A stretch of DNA of 64,000 bases from Dictyostelium discoideum (Eukaryota). The notes beneath the pieces are model-generated. The model saw nothing but the letters and a program-made list of their open reading frames with translations, ran no database searches and was not told where the DNA came from. The stretch lies in assembly GCA_000004695.1 (NCBI GenBank), contig CM000153.2, positions 1,728,001-1,792,000 of the forward strand, given 5' to 3'. A program made the position numbers and the translations under genes. Positions 23,734 through 41,797 of the stretch are shown here, piece after piece (positions within the stretch are counted from its first letter, which is position 1; every line of letters starts with the position of its first letter).

Positions 23734-26028
23734 TTATGAAGAAGCATTAATTGATTCTTTTGGTTGATTATTAATATTTTTTGGTTCTTCAGTTTTATTA
23801 TTAAAAGGACGTGGACCTAAGACAGCTTCAACTTCTTCAAAGTGAATAACTTCTTTTTCAAGTAATAAATTAGCTACAGAAATTAAACCTTCTCTATGTT
23901 CTTGTAAGACTTGAGTGGTACGATCATAAGCGGATTTAAGTAATTTTCTAACCTCTTCATCCATGACTTCAGCAGTTTCTTCACTGTAAGGTTTGGTTAA
24001 ATCAGAACCATCTTGACCTTTTTGATAGGATAATGGACCTATTTTTTCATTCATACCATAGATTGAGACTTGAGAGTAAGCCATTTTAGTGATTTTCTCA
24101 AGATCATCTTGAGCACCAGTTGTAATGGTACCAAAGGTTAATTGTTCAGCTACACGACCACCTAAAGCCATACACATCATATCAAAGATTTGTTCTTGAT
24201 TTTGAAGGAATTGCTCCTTTGGAAGATATTGAGCATAACCTAGAGCGGCAACACCTCTTGGTACAATTGAAACTTTCAATAGTGGATGACAATGTTTGAG
24301 GAACCAACTTACGACGGCATGACCAGCTTCATGATATGCAACTGTTCTCTTTTCAGTTGGAGATAAAACTTTATTCTTTTTCTCTAAACCACCAATAACA
24401 CGATCGACGGCAGCATCGAAGTGTTCCAAAGTGATGATTTCAGCATGTCTACGAGCGGCAATGAGGGCGGCTTCATTACAAACGTTGGCAATATCGGCAC
24501 CACTGAAACCTGGAGTTAATTTTGATAATCTTTCAGCGTAGTTTATTGATTTATCCAAAAGTAATGCGGCTAAATGTACTCTAAAGATCTCTTCTCTACT
24601 CTTTAGATCTGGATTATCGATTGTGATTTGTCTGTCGAATCTGCCAGGTCTAAGTAATGCCTTGTCCAAGATATCAGGTCTATTGGTTGCAGCGAGTACA
24701 ACAACATTCTTCAATGGTTTAAAACCATCCATTTCAACCAACAATTGATTTAATGTATTCTCACGTTCATCATTCGAACCAGAGAAACCACCTTTACCTC
24801 TTGCTCTACCAACTGCATCAATTTCATCGATGAATACAATACATGGTGCATTCTTTCTAGCCTGTTCAAATAGATCTCTAACACGTGATGGACCAACACC
24901 AACAAACATCTCTACGAAATCTGAACCACTTGTAGAATAGAATGGTACATTTGCTTCACCAGCGGTTGCTTTAGCAATCAAAGTTTTACCAGTACCTGGT
25001 GGACCAACTAAAATAGCACCTCTTGGTATCTTTGCACCAATGTCATGGAATTTCTTTGGATTCTTTAAAAAGTTTACAAATTCTTCAATCTCAACTTTAG
25101 CTTCACCAAGACCTGCTACATCGCTAAATTTAACAGTTGATGTTGATTTTTCAAATTTATTTGCTGTACTTTTACCTTGTGAAAACATTTTATTTGATTT
25201 AATTGATCTAAATGTTCTAAAAATTAAATAACCAATAATTGCATATGGTATAACTTGAATCAATGCTACTCTTGGGTCGAAATATTCATGATATGAAATT
25301 GGTATAAATTGTGATTTTGGAATACCTAAATCAGATTGAACTTTTTCAACTTGTTCTTCAAATACTTTCTTATCACCAATTTTGAAAGAATTGGTTATGC
25401 TATAAGTTACACCATCATCATTTAATTTATAAGTATTTGCATAACCATCAGTGACAACGATTTTAGATGGTTTATTCTCACTTAATTCATCTAAAAATTC
25501 ACTAAATTTAATTTCGTTTCCTTCTTCTGTATTTGGTCTAAAAAGTGATAATATAACACCAATTGATATAACTGTAATTAAATATTTCTTAAATTCTGGT
25601 GAATTCATTTGTTGCATAAAACTTTCATCTTTATTATCTTTATTATCTTTATTATCTTTATTATCTTTATTATCTTTATTATCTTTATTATTATTGTTGC
25701 CTTTGTTGTTGTTGTTGTCGTTACCAGTTTCTTTTTCTTTTTTTTCGAAATTACCCCATCCTTCTGATTTAAAAATTGAATCTTTTATTGACTTTATACT
25801 GAATGAAGGTGATGTTATATATTCATTATTAAAAAATCTATTTAAAATACTTGTTTGATTTTCATTTTCATTTTGATTTTTAAATAGATTATTATTACTT
25901 GAAAAGTTACATTTAATATTATTACTATATTGTTGTTTTGAAAATAATGAAGTTTGTGTTATTGTAATTGGTTTTTTTATTTTTTCATATGATTTTATAA
26001 GGTTTCTATTACGAATAATAGATGCCAT
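23734..26028 (-). CDS. Mitochondrial m-AAA protease subunit (AFG3L2/SPG7/Yta10-12-like FtsH-family ATP-dependent zinc metalloprotease), single exon
   Basis: 764-aa ORF. It has an N-terminal presequence-like segment ([19 protein letters not shown]), TM helices, Walker A ([18 protein letters not shown]), Walker B ([12 protein letters not shown]), second region of homology, HEAGHA zinc-binding motif, and a C-terminal block that is near-identical to AFG3L2 ([88 protein letters not shown]). Confidence 0.92.
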   Translation of the reverse strand: MASIIRNRNLIKSYEKIKKPITITQTSLFSKQQYSNNIKCNFSSNNNLFKNQNENENQTSILNRFFNNEYITSPSFSIKSIKDSIFKSEGWGNFEKKEKETGNDNNNNKGNNNNKDNKDNKDNKDNKDNKDNKDESFMQQMNSPEFKKYLITVISIGVILSLFRPNTEEGNEIKFSEFLDELSENKPSKIVVTDGYANTYKLNDDGVTYSITNSFKIGDKKVFEEQVEKVQSDLGIPKSQFIPISYHEYFDPRVALIQVIPYAIIGYLIFRTFRSIKSNKMFSQGKSTANKFEKSTSTVKFSDVAGLGEAKVEIEEFVNFLKNPKKFHDIGAKIPRGAILVGPPGTGKTLIAKATAGEANVPFYSTSGSDFVEMFVGVGPSRVRDLFEQARKNAPCIVFIDEIDAVGRARGKGGFSGSNDERENTLNQLLVEMDGFKPLKNVVVLAATNRPDILDKALLRPGRFDRQITIDNPDLKSREEIFRVHLAALLLDKSINYAERLSKLTPGFSGADIANVCNEAALIAARRHAEIITLEHFDAAVDRVIGGLEKKNKVLSPTEKRTVAYHEAGHAVVSWFLKHCHPLLKVSIVPRGVAALGYAQYLPKEQFLQNQEQIFDMMCMALGGRVAEQLTFGTITTGAQDDLEKITKMAYSQVSIYGMNEKIGPLSYQKGQDGSDLTKPYSEETAEVMDEEVRKLLKSAYDRTTQVLQEHREGLISVANLLLEKEVIHFEEVEAVLGPRPFNNKTEEPKNINNQPKESINASS
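25621..25690 (-). repeat. About eight tandem copies of a 9-bp unit (ctttattat, coding KDNKDNKDN) inside the AFG3-like N-terminal region
   Basis: Directly visible as ctttattatctttattatctttattat... It is an in-frame coding microsatellite. Confidence 0.85.
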
Positions 26029-26345
26029 GATTTATTTGTATATATATATATATTTATATTTATATGTAAGTATGATTGGGAGGAAAAATTAAGGAATTAT
26101 GAAAAAAAAAAAAATAAAAAAATAAAAAATAAAAATACATAAAAAAAAAAAAAAAAAAAAAAAAATGAAAATTAAAAAAACAATTGTTTTTTATTTTTAT
26201 TTTTATTTTTATTTTTTTTTTGGGAGAATGCGCTGATGACTGATGGATTCGTGTGATTATTTTTTTTTTTTTTTTTAAATTAAAATTTATTTACATAAGA
26301 TTTTTTCAAATTCTTTAAAAAATGGTTATATATACATAAACATTC

Positions 26346-28247
26346 TTAAGAAAAGAAACCAAATTTTTTTGATTTAGATTTATTATTTTGATTTTGATTT
26401 TGATTTGGATTTGGAATTGAAGATGATGAATTTGATAAAGAAATATTCTCTCTTGAAGATGATGGAGTTAATTGAGGAATATTATCATTTGAAATTAATT
26501 GACTTGGAATCCATTCAATTAATTTATACCAAGGTATTTCTTGAGATCTTGCCATTTCATATAATTGTTGCATATCTTTTGGTTCACAAGTTTTATCTTG
26601 ATAACATTGATTTACTTTAACACTAATTGCTAATGCCATAAAATATTCTTTATAAAATTGTTGTTCTTCTAATTTTGGTTTCTCTTTTAATTCCTTTTTT
26701 AAAATTAATATCTCTTCTGATAAATTCGATATTGTTTGTGCTTGTTGTTTAATTGTAGTTTGTAATTTATTAAAATCTTCATCTGAAACTATTGATTCTT
26801 TTTTTTTAAAAAAAAAAAAAAAAAATTGGAAAAAAGTGATTAGAAAATATATATTTTTTTTTTTTTTTTTTTTTTTAAAAAATTAAATTAAACTTACTAA
26901 TATTTGAAGATGAAGATGAAGATGATAATGGTGTTGATGAACCACTAGTTGATGATGATGAACCCCAATCAATTGAATTTACAGAGGTTCTTAATCTTGA
27001 TCTACCACCATTTAAAGTTTTTAAAGTCGATTGTAATTCTGATAAAGTTGGTGGTACTTTTTGAAGTGTAAAAAATATTGGATGTTGTAATAATTCTTGT
27101 GCTGTCGGTCTTTGAGTTGGATCTTTTTTAAATGATTGTTGGAAATAGTCTAAAAATTCTTTTGATATATCAGTTGGAAATGGTGGATGTTGATCGGATA
27201 CTATTAAAAAAATTAATATTAATATTAATATGGTACAATATAAATAAAAAAAAAATAGATGATGGTGGTAGTGGTGGTGATATTTTACCAATTCTAAACA
27301 TGGCAGCCATTGGTTGTAATGTATAATATGGTGGATTACCAGTTAATAATTCAATCATTGTAGAACCTAATGACCAAATATCACTTGCAGATGAACAACC
27401 AGATATTTCAATTGATTCTGGGGCCATCCAATATGGAGTACCAACCACTGAGAATCTTAATTGTGATTCTGAATCAATTTGTGATGCAACTCCAAAATCC
27501 GCTAGTTTAATTACACCCTCTTTTGTAATCAATATATTTGATGCTTTAATATCTCTATGTATAACTTTATTTGAATGTAAATATGCTAATCCCTGTAACA
27601 TTTGATATAAATATATTATACATAATTCTTCACTCAATGGTCCAAATTTCTCAATAACATCCCTCAAACTACCATTTTCAACATATCTATTTAATAATAA
27701 AATACAATAAAATAAAAGTAATTAATAATTAATAATTATTTAATTATTTTTTTTTAAAAAGAAAATAAAAAAAATAAAAAAAAAAAATAAAAAAAATTTT
27801 ACTCTAATATAAAATTTAATTGAGCTTGTACCTCTACAACACCTAATACTTTAACTATGTTGTTATGTCTTAATTTATGTAAAATTTCAACTTCCCCTTT
27901 AACTGATTGTAATGAACTTTCATCAATTTTATTTGAATCAATTTGTTTAATTGCAACAAACTCTCCAGTTTTTCCATTTAATCCTTTAAAAACTTGTCCA
28001 AATGCACCTCTTCCAATTTTTTCACCCAATGTCTATGGAAAAAAATAAAATAAATAAAATAAAATAAAAAATAATTTTGGGATTAATTTCTGGAAAAAAA
28101 AAAAAAAAGTGGAAATTAATTTCTAAAGTGCGCACTTACATATTCTCCAATTTTAACAATACTTTTTTTCTTAGAATCTGGCATTATTTGACTTGAAGGA
28201 AATTGTTTTCCATTACCATTATTATGATTATTATTAATTTCAATCAT
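26346..28247 (-). CDS. STE-group serine/threonine protein kinase of the Cdc15 / Cdc7(S. pombe) / SepA family; complement(join(26346..26797,26898..27200,27289..27686,27803..28032,28140..28247))
   Basis: The five exons were reconstructed with phases 0,2,1,1. Exon 1 reads [36 protein letters not shown]|gtaagt. Exon 2 reads [77 protein letters not shown]. Exon 3 reads [69 protein letters not shown]...[51 protein letters not shown]. Exon 4 reads [44 protein letters not shown]... Exon 5 is a coiled-coil tail ending ...KFGFFS*. The kinase core aligns best with S. pombe Cdc7 (LGDCLGKGAFGAVYRGLNIKNGETVAVKKV...[26 protein letters not shown]...GSPYWMAPEVIE...[46 protein letters not shown]). Confidence 0.82.
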
Positions 28248-30055
28248 AATTTTTTTTTTTTTTTTTTTTTTTTTTATTATTTTATTATTTTATTATTTTT
28301 TTTTTTATATATTAATAAAAATTAATTTTTTTTATTATTACTTATTAATAATAAAATAATTGATTTTTTATATATTAAAAATAATTATAATATGGAAAAA
28401 GTATAAAAAAAAAAAAAAATAATTATTTTTTTAAAAAAAAAAAAAAAAAAAAAAATAAAAAAAAAAAACAAAAACAAAAAAAAGAAAACAATTATTAATT
28501 AATTTAAAAATCAATAGGAATGGTGTTAATGGTTTTTTAAATTATAATAATCAACTATAACCCACTGTGTGTGTATTTGTGTGTTTCTTTAAATGTTTTG
28601 TTTGTACTTGTGTCAGTGTGGGTGTGAGTGTGTATATTTTTTCAAAACCCTATCACATATAAATATTTTTTTTAAAAATTTTTTTTAATAAATGAATAAA
28701 AATTTATATTTTTAAAATTTAAAAAACGTTAATGATGATTCTAATGATGATTTTTAATTGCCTATTATTGTTATTATTGTTGTTATTGCTGTATATTACA
28801 GATTATTATTATTGATGCTATTGTCTATAATTGGTAGCTATTATACAAATTATTTAAAAAGGTAGAATAAATAAATAAATAATTAATTTTAAAAATAAAT
28901 AAAAAGAAAAATAATAATAATATTTATGATAATATTAAATTTTTATTTTTTTGTATATATATATATAAATATTATTTAGTGTGTGTATGTGCGTTTGAGT
29001 GCTTCTATTTATTTATATTGTCAGTTTAGAGAGAGAGAGACTTTATTTTTGGAATAATTGGCTTATTTAAATTTACTTTCAATTTAGAAAATAAATAATA
29101 AAAAAAAAAAATAAAAAAAAAAGGGGTTTATTGTTTAAATAACTAGTTTTTTGTGGTTTAATTTAGTGATCGATTGAATTATTGAGAATTAAAAAAAAAT
29201 AAAAAATAAAAAATAAAAAAAAATAAAAAAAAAAAATAAAAAAAATAAAAAAATTAATTAAAAAAATAAAAAATAAAAAATTTTTTTTGTTGTGCGGTCA
29301 AACCAAAAAGATAATTTTATATAATAATCTGATCAGAATATCATTGTGATTAAAAAAACATTTTTTTTTTTTTTTTTTTTATATTTGTTGTATGCGAAAA
29401 GGAGGAGAGAGTGCATTTTATTTTCTTTATTTTTTTTTTTTTTTTTTACATCAACAATTTTTGATAACCACCATTGATACTAAAATTAGAATTATGATAC
29501 TTTCAATTACACAATCCTATTCACCCTTTAAAAAATAAAAATAAAAAAAATAAAAAATAAAAAAAACATTTTGTCAAGATTGTCATCTACTTTGATATAA
29601 TTTTTTTTATTTTTTTTTTTGATGTTATAAAATCGTTCAACAATAACCTAAAAATAGAATTATTGAGTTGTTTTATTTTTTTATTTTTTTTTTTTTTTTT
29701 TTTAAAAAAATAGGTACTTAATTGTTGTAAAATGTTTTGTTGCGGTGGTGGTGTGGTTTTGTTTAAAAAAAAAATAAAAAAAAAACTGGTGGAAATGATG
29801 ATTGTTTTATAGAAAAATTCTTTTTTTTTTTAACAACCATCTTGGATCCAAGATATTACCACCATATAAAATAAAAATAAAAAAAAGAAAGTGCAAATTA
29901 CATTGGCAAAATAATATTTGATTTTTTTTTTTTTTTTTTTGATTTTTTTTTATTTATTTACTTTAGATGATCGTTACAAGTGAAAATATGATAGTATATT
30001 TATTTATTTATATAAAAAGTAAATATAATAATAGTAAAATTTACTATTGTTATAT

Positions 30056-30110
<55 letters not shown>

Positions 30111-30152
30111 CCAAAAGATAACATAAACATATATCTAACTATTTGAAGTGTT

Positions 30153-31359
30153 TCAATTTTGTTTTGTAGTTGGTGATGGTGATGGTGTTGTTGATTTAGC
30201 AGCACCTCGCGTATTTTTATATTTTACATATAGTTTTAAAATGACATTAACAATGATTTCTGGTACATAGAATATTGGTATTTGTTTTGGTAAAATGCCA
30301 TCTTGATTAACCATTTTAGTTGGTTTGGCACTAATTGATAATATAATAAACTAAAATTTTAAAAAAAAAAAGAGATAGAGAGTGAGAGAGTGTGTCAGTA
30401 ACAATATATTAATGTTATTATCATTATTATTTATAGTGTTGATAGATATTTACCAATGGATATAAAATTGAGAAGATAGCATTACCAATTAACATTGGGA
30501 AGAAGAATGAACAAGTTGTAAATATTAAACCATAACCAAACATATATGCCCAATGTGTTTCAAAGTATTGAATTCTTTGTAATAAATTCCATTTACCTCT
30601 TAAAATCCATTTATAACTAGTATTAAGAAGAAGATAGTTTAAAATTAGTAAATTATTAAATTAATTAAAAATAAAAATTTAAAAAACATACTCGAAACAC
30701 CAAAATGAATAAAGCCAAGTTATAATTACGAAATTAATGAAATTGGTGTATGGAATGAATGCAATGATTGCAGACATTACCAAAATTACACCAAATAAAA
30801 GATTTCTATAAATTTCATCAACGAATGACGATAAAATTCCATTTGTAGAATTTGCAAATGTTGTACGACCTGAAATTACAAATGATTCTTTTGCAATCTC
30901 TGTATACCATTTGGAATTTGCTATAATACTAAATATATAAACTGGATAAACCCATAATGACTATATAAAATAAAAAAAATAAAAAATTGTTAGTATGTTA
31001 AAAATAGCCCAATAACAACAATAATAATAATAAAAAGGGAGAGAAGAAGAAAGAGGATTACATACAAAATAAATGATTGTAAACATATTTGATAAAGTTG
31101 GGAAATGATTTAATAAATAATTTAACATTGGTGATACCCAATATAAATAGATTAAATAGGTACCCAAGAATATTATACCATTTAAAAATATACAATGTAT
31201 GAAATTCTTTCTTAAGACTTCTGATTTTATGGTTCGAATGATTGCTCCTTTTAATTTCATTGAATCTGCTACTCCTAACCATATCAGTTTGAACATTTCT
31301 TTTACTTGTGGAATTGTATTATCTATCCTTTTTGTTACATATTCTTTAAATGTCTCCAT
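30153..31359 (-). CDS. EI24 (etoposide-induced 2.4 / PIG8) family multi-pass membrane protein; complement(join(30153..30350,30454..30616,30692..30960,31066..31359))
   Basis: The four exons are bounded by gtatgt/gtaaat donors. The spliced protein matches the human EI24 C-terminal half: ITWLYSFWCFDYKWILRGKWNLLQRIQYFETHWAYMFGYGL...FSILYPLFIILSISAKPTK vs [40 protein letters not shown]...[20 protein letters not shown]. Confidence 0.8.
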
Positions 31360-31485
31360 TATAATTGTATATATATATTTTTATATATATATCTAAATAT
31401 ATATTTTTATATATCTTGGGGTTTTTTATTTTTATTTTTAAAATAATATTGCTATTGCTGTTTTAAAATTTCCTTTTTGTGTGTT

Positions 31486-31529
<44 letters not shown>

Positions 31530-32137
31530 AAAAAAAAAAAAAAATTTTTTTTTTTTTTTTTTTGTTTTTTTTTTTTTATAACTCAATACAAAACACTTTT
31601 TGTTTAAATTTAAGGACAAAAAAAAAAGAAAATTAAAATAAAAAAAAAAAAATAAAATAAAAAAAATAAAAAAATAAAATAAAATAAAATAAAAAAATTA
31701 AGTTTTTTTTTTTTAATTTTTTACAAAAAAGATCATTGCAAGACTTATCCCCAAGTTATCAAAATAAAAAATAACAAAAAAAAATAAAAATAAAAAAAGA
31801 AATAAGAAAAAAATAAAAAAGAATTTAAAAAAAATCAAAATAAGGAGTGTGTGCATACTTAAGTTATTATTTTTTTTTTTTTTTTTTTTTATTTTTTTTT
31901 TTTTTTTTTTTTTTTAATTTTTTTTTTTTTTTTTTTATTTTTTTTTTATTTTCACAATTTACAACGATAGATAAAAAAAATTTAATTTTTTCCCGGTGAA
32001 AAAAAAAAAAAAGGAATCAAATAAATTTAATATACCATTACATGAAAAAAGGAAAAAAATTAAAATGACGGATATAAATTTAAATGACATAAAGTCTTCC
32101 CTTTCTATTGTTAATGATTCGTATGTATTTTGAATGC

Positions 32138-32176
<39 letters not shown>

Positions 32177-32707
32177 CTTGCGCTATATTTTTATTTAAGT
32201 AGAAAAAAAAAAAAAAAATAAAAATAAAAAAAAAAAGAAAAAAAGAAAGAAATAAGAAGAAAGAATAAATAAAATAAAATAAAATAAAATAAAAAAGAAA
32301 AAAGAAAAGAAGAAAAAAAAAAAAAAAAAAAAATATTATAACTTAATGCACACCATTATTTTTCTTTATTTCACTCCCTTTTTCTTTCTCTTTATTCAAA
32401 AACTTTTCTCTTTCTCTAACCTCTAACTTCTTATCTATTTTCTACTATTACTATAACTATTACTATAACTATTACTACTATTCCTATTTTCAATACAATA
32501 CCTCAAACCAACAAAACCAAAAACACAACAAAACCAAACCAAACACACAAAAAAACCAAACACACAAAAAAAAAAAAAAAAAAAAAAAATTTCCAATTAA
32601 AAAAAAAAAAATCAATGTTTGTCCCTTGATCAAATTTTATCCTTTTTTTTTTTTGTAATTGTTTTATTTTTATTTTTATTTTTTAAATTTTTTAAATTTT
32701 TTGAAAT

Positions 32708-36027
<3,320 letters not shown>

Positions 36028-37295
36028 TAAAAAAAAAAAAAAAAAAAAAAAAAGAAAAAAACAAAAAAAAAAACAAAAAAAAAAAAAAAATCAACCCATC
36101 GTAAAAATATCAATTAATTACAATAATAGTATAAAATACTTAATGGCGATTATTTAATAAATAACAATTCACTATTTTTTAGAATTAAAAGTGATTTTTT
36201 CAACTTTTAATAAAAAATTAAAATGATTGGTGTGCAGGTTTATTACTTTTTTTTTTTTTTTTTGACGGTGTGTTTTGGATTTTTTTTTTTTTCTTTTTAA
36301 GTTTTGTTTATAAAAAATTGTAAGGTGAAAATATCAATTTCGTTAGGTTTTTTTTTTTTATAGATTTTTCATTGCGCCTTTTTTTTTTTTTTTTAAACTT
36401 TGCCAAATTACAAGATTTTATTTTTTTTTTTTTTTAAAATTTTAGGAAACCCATTAATTATTGAACTCAATGAAACAATCATGATTTTAATCACAAATCA
36501 CTTTAAAATAAAATTTAGATTGAATACCTAACCCCTCATAATTTCATTCATTAATTCATTTTTTTTTTTTTTTTTTTTTTTTGAGGAGCCCGCCTTTTTT
36601 TAAAATTTTTTTTTTTTTTTGGGAGGGAAATTAGCAGTGTTTCAGATCTAAATATTGTATTGTTGGGTTGTTTATAATAATTTTTTTTTTACATCCAATC
36701 AATTCTTTAACTTGAGATCTCGAATGTTTATAATAGTTGTGTTTTTTTTTTTTATTTTAATTTTGTTTTGTTTTTTTTTTATTTTTTTTTTTTTATTTTT
36801 ATTTTGTTTTTTTTTTTTTTTTTTATTAATAATAATAATAAAAATAATAATGGGAGTTAAAGCGTGCAAACACCAAGTAGGGGGGGGTTTAAATTTAATG
36901 TTTTGCTATGTTGTTTATGAATTAATATGTTATGAATATTAGGGGTGATTAAAAATGGTTATAATACAATAAAAAAAAAAAAAAAAATTATAAAAAAATT
37001 AAAAAAAATTAAATTATTAATTTACAACATAATAGTACCCTATATTTGGGCTGTTTGTTGATGTAATGATAGTTTATTTTTTCTTTTCTTTTAATTATTT
37101 TTAATTAATATTTTTTTTTTTTAAAAAATAATTTTTTTTTTTTTTAATTTTTTTTTTTTTAAAAAAATAACATTTATTTTTAAGTTTACTTTAAATTTGT
37201 TTTTTTTTTTTTTAAAAAAAATATTATAAATAATAATCATAATAATATAATAATGGGGTGATTTAATCAATCAAAATACTTATATACTCCTCTCC

Positions 37296-37356
<61 letters not shown>

Positions 37357-38082
37357 CAACCAATGGTACCATTGTACCATATAAAAATAGGGTTTAAAAG
37401 ACTGCTAATTTAAGATGAATGTAGGTTAAACAATTCCCAGCGAATTAAGGTAACAATTTTTAATAATTATTCGAATTGGTTAAAAAAGGTGATTTAATTT
37501 TTTTTTTTTTTTTTTTATTCACTTTTTTTTTTTTTTTTTATTATTAAAAACTATTTTTTATTGATGAGAAAAATCTCCAATAAAGATGTCCTACCTTCAT
37601 ATTAATTTGAAAATGGTTTATCCTTTTTTGATGTTGGTAGATTTTATTTTTATTTTTATTATAATTTTTTTTTTTTTTTTTTTTTTTTCTTATTATTATT
37701 TTTATAAAGGATGGGGGTTTTATATAAGGTAATAATCAGCATGGAATAAAGGGTCCATCACTTATTCACACCCTTTTTCATTTACACATTTTACTTGATT
37801 TTTCACTTGTCAAAAGGCAAAACTATTTTTTTTTTCCAATTAATACACTCCATATAATTATTCTCAACTTTTTGTCAACCAAAAAGTTGACAACCAACTC
37901 AACAATATATAGTTTCATTCAATTTTGTTGATTGAATTAAATTTAATTAAATTAATAAATGTTTTTATAATTTTATTATTTAATTTTTAAAAAAAATTTT
38001 ATTTATTTATTTTTTATAAACAATTAATTCAAACTTTAATAATAATAATAATATCACACACACAACGGGGGTAAATTTGGCT

Positions 38083-38117
<35 letters not shown>

Positions 38118-39241
38118 GTTTTTCTAAACACTTTTTTATGTGCAACTCCTAGCAATTTCAGACAAGTAAATAATAGTTTTAAAACAATTTTTTTATTTTT
38201 TTACATAAAATCGACCATTTTATTTCTTTTATAATATATAAAGTAGCAATGTGAAAAAAAAAAAAAAAAAAAAAAAAAATAAATAAATTAATAAAACAAA
38301 TTAATTTTACCCCTTTTTTTATTTTATACAATTTTTTATTTTTTTACAAAATTTACTTATTTGATTGATGGTTATATAGCAATTTTTTTGTATTTTTAAT
38401 ATATCTGTGGGTTTAACCACTATAAAAAACCCACATTAAACCACTTAATTTCTACAAAAGTTAATTAAAATATTGTTTGTTTTTCAATGCCCATACACAT
38501 TTATCCGTTTTTGTTGAAAGTATGACGAAGCCAATAGATAAATCAAACAATAAGATTAAAAAATAAAATAAAAATAAAAAATAAAAACAAAATATAATAA
38601 AAAAAAAATAAAAAAAAGTAAATTATTAAACCATCAATATTAATTTTATTCCAATACACCACTAGGTGATAATAATTTATGGAAAAATTAATAAATAAAT
38701 AAATATTAAATATATAAATAAATAAATTAATAAGTAAAAATATAAATAATTACAATAAAAGTAAAATAAAAAAAGATTTATCAAATAATATCAATATACC
38801 TTACAAATTTAAATTAATAGTTTACATTATGTTAATTTGGTTTTATTTATATTGTTATTTATTATCCATTCAAAATTATTACATTCCAATTTAATTTTTT
38901 TTTTTTTTTTTTTTTTTTTGGTTTTTTTTTTTTTTTTTTTTTTCCTAAAAAAATAACAAAAATACTATCCAAATGCTCGGCTCTCAGCAATAATGGGTGG
39001 AATGAATGGTTTTTTAATTAAAATAAATTAAATTAAAATTAAAATAAATTAAAATTAAAAAAAAAAAAAAAAAAAAGAAACAATTTCTAATTGGTCGAAA
39101 GTAATTTATTTTAAATATATTTTTTTTAATTTTAATTAAATGGTATGGATATAGACAGTGGTAGTTTATTAAATACCACCATTTTTGTGTTATATATTAA
39201 AGTTTATTCAAATTAATTTTTTATTAAAAAATAAATAATAA

Positions 39242-39274
<33 letters not shown>

Positions 39275-40358
39275 AAATTAAAAATTAAATAAAAGCTACA
39301 GAAAAATAAATAACCAACTAAATTAAATTAAAAAACTTTTTTATTTGTTGTCGACATATTTCATTTCGTTGATGCAATAAAATTAAATTGTATATCTAGG
39401 ATTTGAATAAACTTTTTTTTTTTTTTTTTTTTTTTTTCCCAAAAAAATTTGGTTATAATAATATAGCCCAATAAAAAATAAAAAAAAACTAACCAATTAA
39501 ATTTAACTAAAATTTTAGGTTCATTTTATTATTATTATTATTTTTATTATTTTCTATCTTTAATGAATTGGTGGTAGTGAGTTTTTTTGAGATTTCGTTT
39601 ATATTTAACCAAGGAGATTTAAATTGACCCAATTAGATTTTCCCAAAAAAAAAAAATATTATTGTAATAATTTACCATTCACCACAAATTGTTAAAATGT
39701 AATTGAGAGTGTGAAATTGAAAAGGTGTGATACATTGAGATTTTAATTGTGGAAGTTAAAATCAAACACAAAATGTTAGTTCTTTAACTTTTTATTATAA
39801 TAATAAAATCAAAATCAAAATCAAAATCAAAAAACCAAAAAGAATTTGAAAGATTAATATGATGCAATCTCTTTATTTTTTGAGAATTCTGATTTTGTTT
39901 ACATAAATGGTAAGTTTTTTTTTTTTTTTTTTTTCAATTAACCATCAATTTTTTGTTGTAATTGTTTGTTTTTTTTTTTTTTTAATTATTTTAAGTGTCA
40001 ATTAATGGTGTTTAAATTATTGGTATTATATGTTTTTCTACAATAAATCATTGAAATTATAATAATTGTAGATGGGAATAAATCAATACTATCACTCTAT
40101 AAAAAATTTGAAGAAAAAAAAAATTGTAACACTGGGTGATAAAAAAAATAATTTGAATGAAATGTTGATAATTGCATTGAACTTTATTTTAATAATTTAA
40201 CTATAATAATGATTTTAATTTTTTTTTATGGGTAAAAAATGATTAATAATAATAAAAATAATTATTAAATACAAATTTCCCCAGTATTAGGGGTATTAAA
40301 TTGTATAAATTTGATTATAAGTTTTCTTTACCTTTTTTTTAAATTGCCAAATTCAATC

Positions 40359-40397
<39 letters not shown>

Positions 40398-41698
40398 GTG
40401 GTTGATTTGAATAGGGGTGGGGTAAGTAATTAATTATATTTATATATATTTTTTAGGGGTTTTAATAGATGTTGTCATATGCATCATCAAAAAGAGATAC
40501 TGTTTTAATTTAGTAATACTTGTTTTTTTTTTATGTTAAATTTTTTTTTTTATGTTAAATTTTTTTTTTTTTTTTTTTTCGGAGTGGGTTATTTGATAAT
40601 TTATTAGTAGTTTTAATAAGTTGGATACGTTGTGTGTATTAGTGTTGAATGAATTTGAATTGAAATTATTTTAAAATGATTTTTTTAATGGAGAAGGGGG
40701 TGATTTAAAATTTTTTTTTTTTTTTTCACAAATATTATTGTTGTTTTTTTCATTATTTCGAACAGTTTACAATCTCAATGGAGCACTTTTTGTATTAATT
40801 TATATGGGAAATATGTGATGGTTTTAATATTTATATATATTTATATTCAAAAAACAATTTAATAATTTTTATTTGGAGTAATTGTATTCACAATAAACCC
40901 ACATACACAAAAAAATACTCTTTCAATAATTCTTAATAGGTAGAGTGAGTGTGAATAATCATTTGAAAAACGAACAGGTTTTTTAATTTATTTATTAAAA
41001 CCTATAACCAAACAAGAGACAAAATTAATTTTTTTTTAATACAAGCCCAAATATATTATTGATAATAATTTTTTATTATAATTATATAATTATAAATAAA
41101 TATAAATAATTATATATATATATATATTTATATATATATTGCATATATAATTTTTTTTAGATATATATTAACAATAACCCCTTTTAAAATATTGACCATT
41201 TGAATTTATTTAATATATTTATTGGGTATGTAATTTTCAAATGATTTAACCACAATAAAAGGAAAACTATACTTGTTACTTAAAGAATAAAGTTTTTTTT
41301 TTTTTTTTTTTCTTAAAAAAATTAATAAATTAAAAATAATGGTTTTTCCTAACAACAATAAATTTAAAAATAGTAGTTTTGATAATACTAGTAGTTTATA
41401 ATAGTAAATACATGTAAATATTTAGCATTTTTTAATATAAATGCATTAAATTTTGTTTTTATTTAAATGATACACAATGTGATGATAAAAAATGATGACA
41501 ACATAAATTTTTTAAAATTTTCATTAAAGTATCACTATTTTCATAAATTTATTTCTATAGTTGTTAAAAATATTTTTAAATAAATATTGATATTCAAAGA
41601 ACAACAAAAAATAAAATATAATTTATTATATAAATCTATTAATATTTTTTCCTAAAATATATTTTCATATAAATACAAGTAAAAAAAAAAAATTGTCA

Positions 41699-41699
<1 letters not shown>

Positions 41700-41794
<95 letters not shown>

Positions 41795-41797
41795 TTA
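41700..41797. repeat. (AAT)n microsatellite of about 32 copies in non-coding DNA
   Basis: Directly visible. A second (AAT)n of about 22 copies is at 42741..42808, and a (TTA)n of about 19 copies is at 48339..48396. Confidence 0.9.

Noticed and set aside
39880-40080. acataaATGgtaagt followed about 90 nt later by an acceptor; a possible ATG-only first exon of a hidden gene in the empty stretch
   Set aside because: The longest spliced continuation is only 17 codons (MCQLMVFKLLVLYVFLQ*) with no further acceptor-compatible exon. This is most likely chance.
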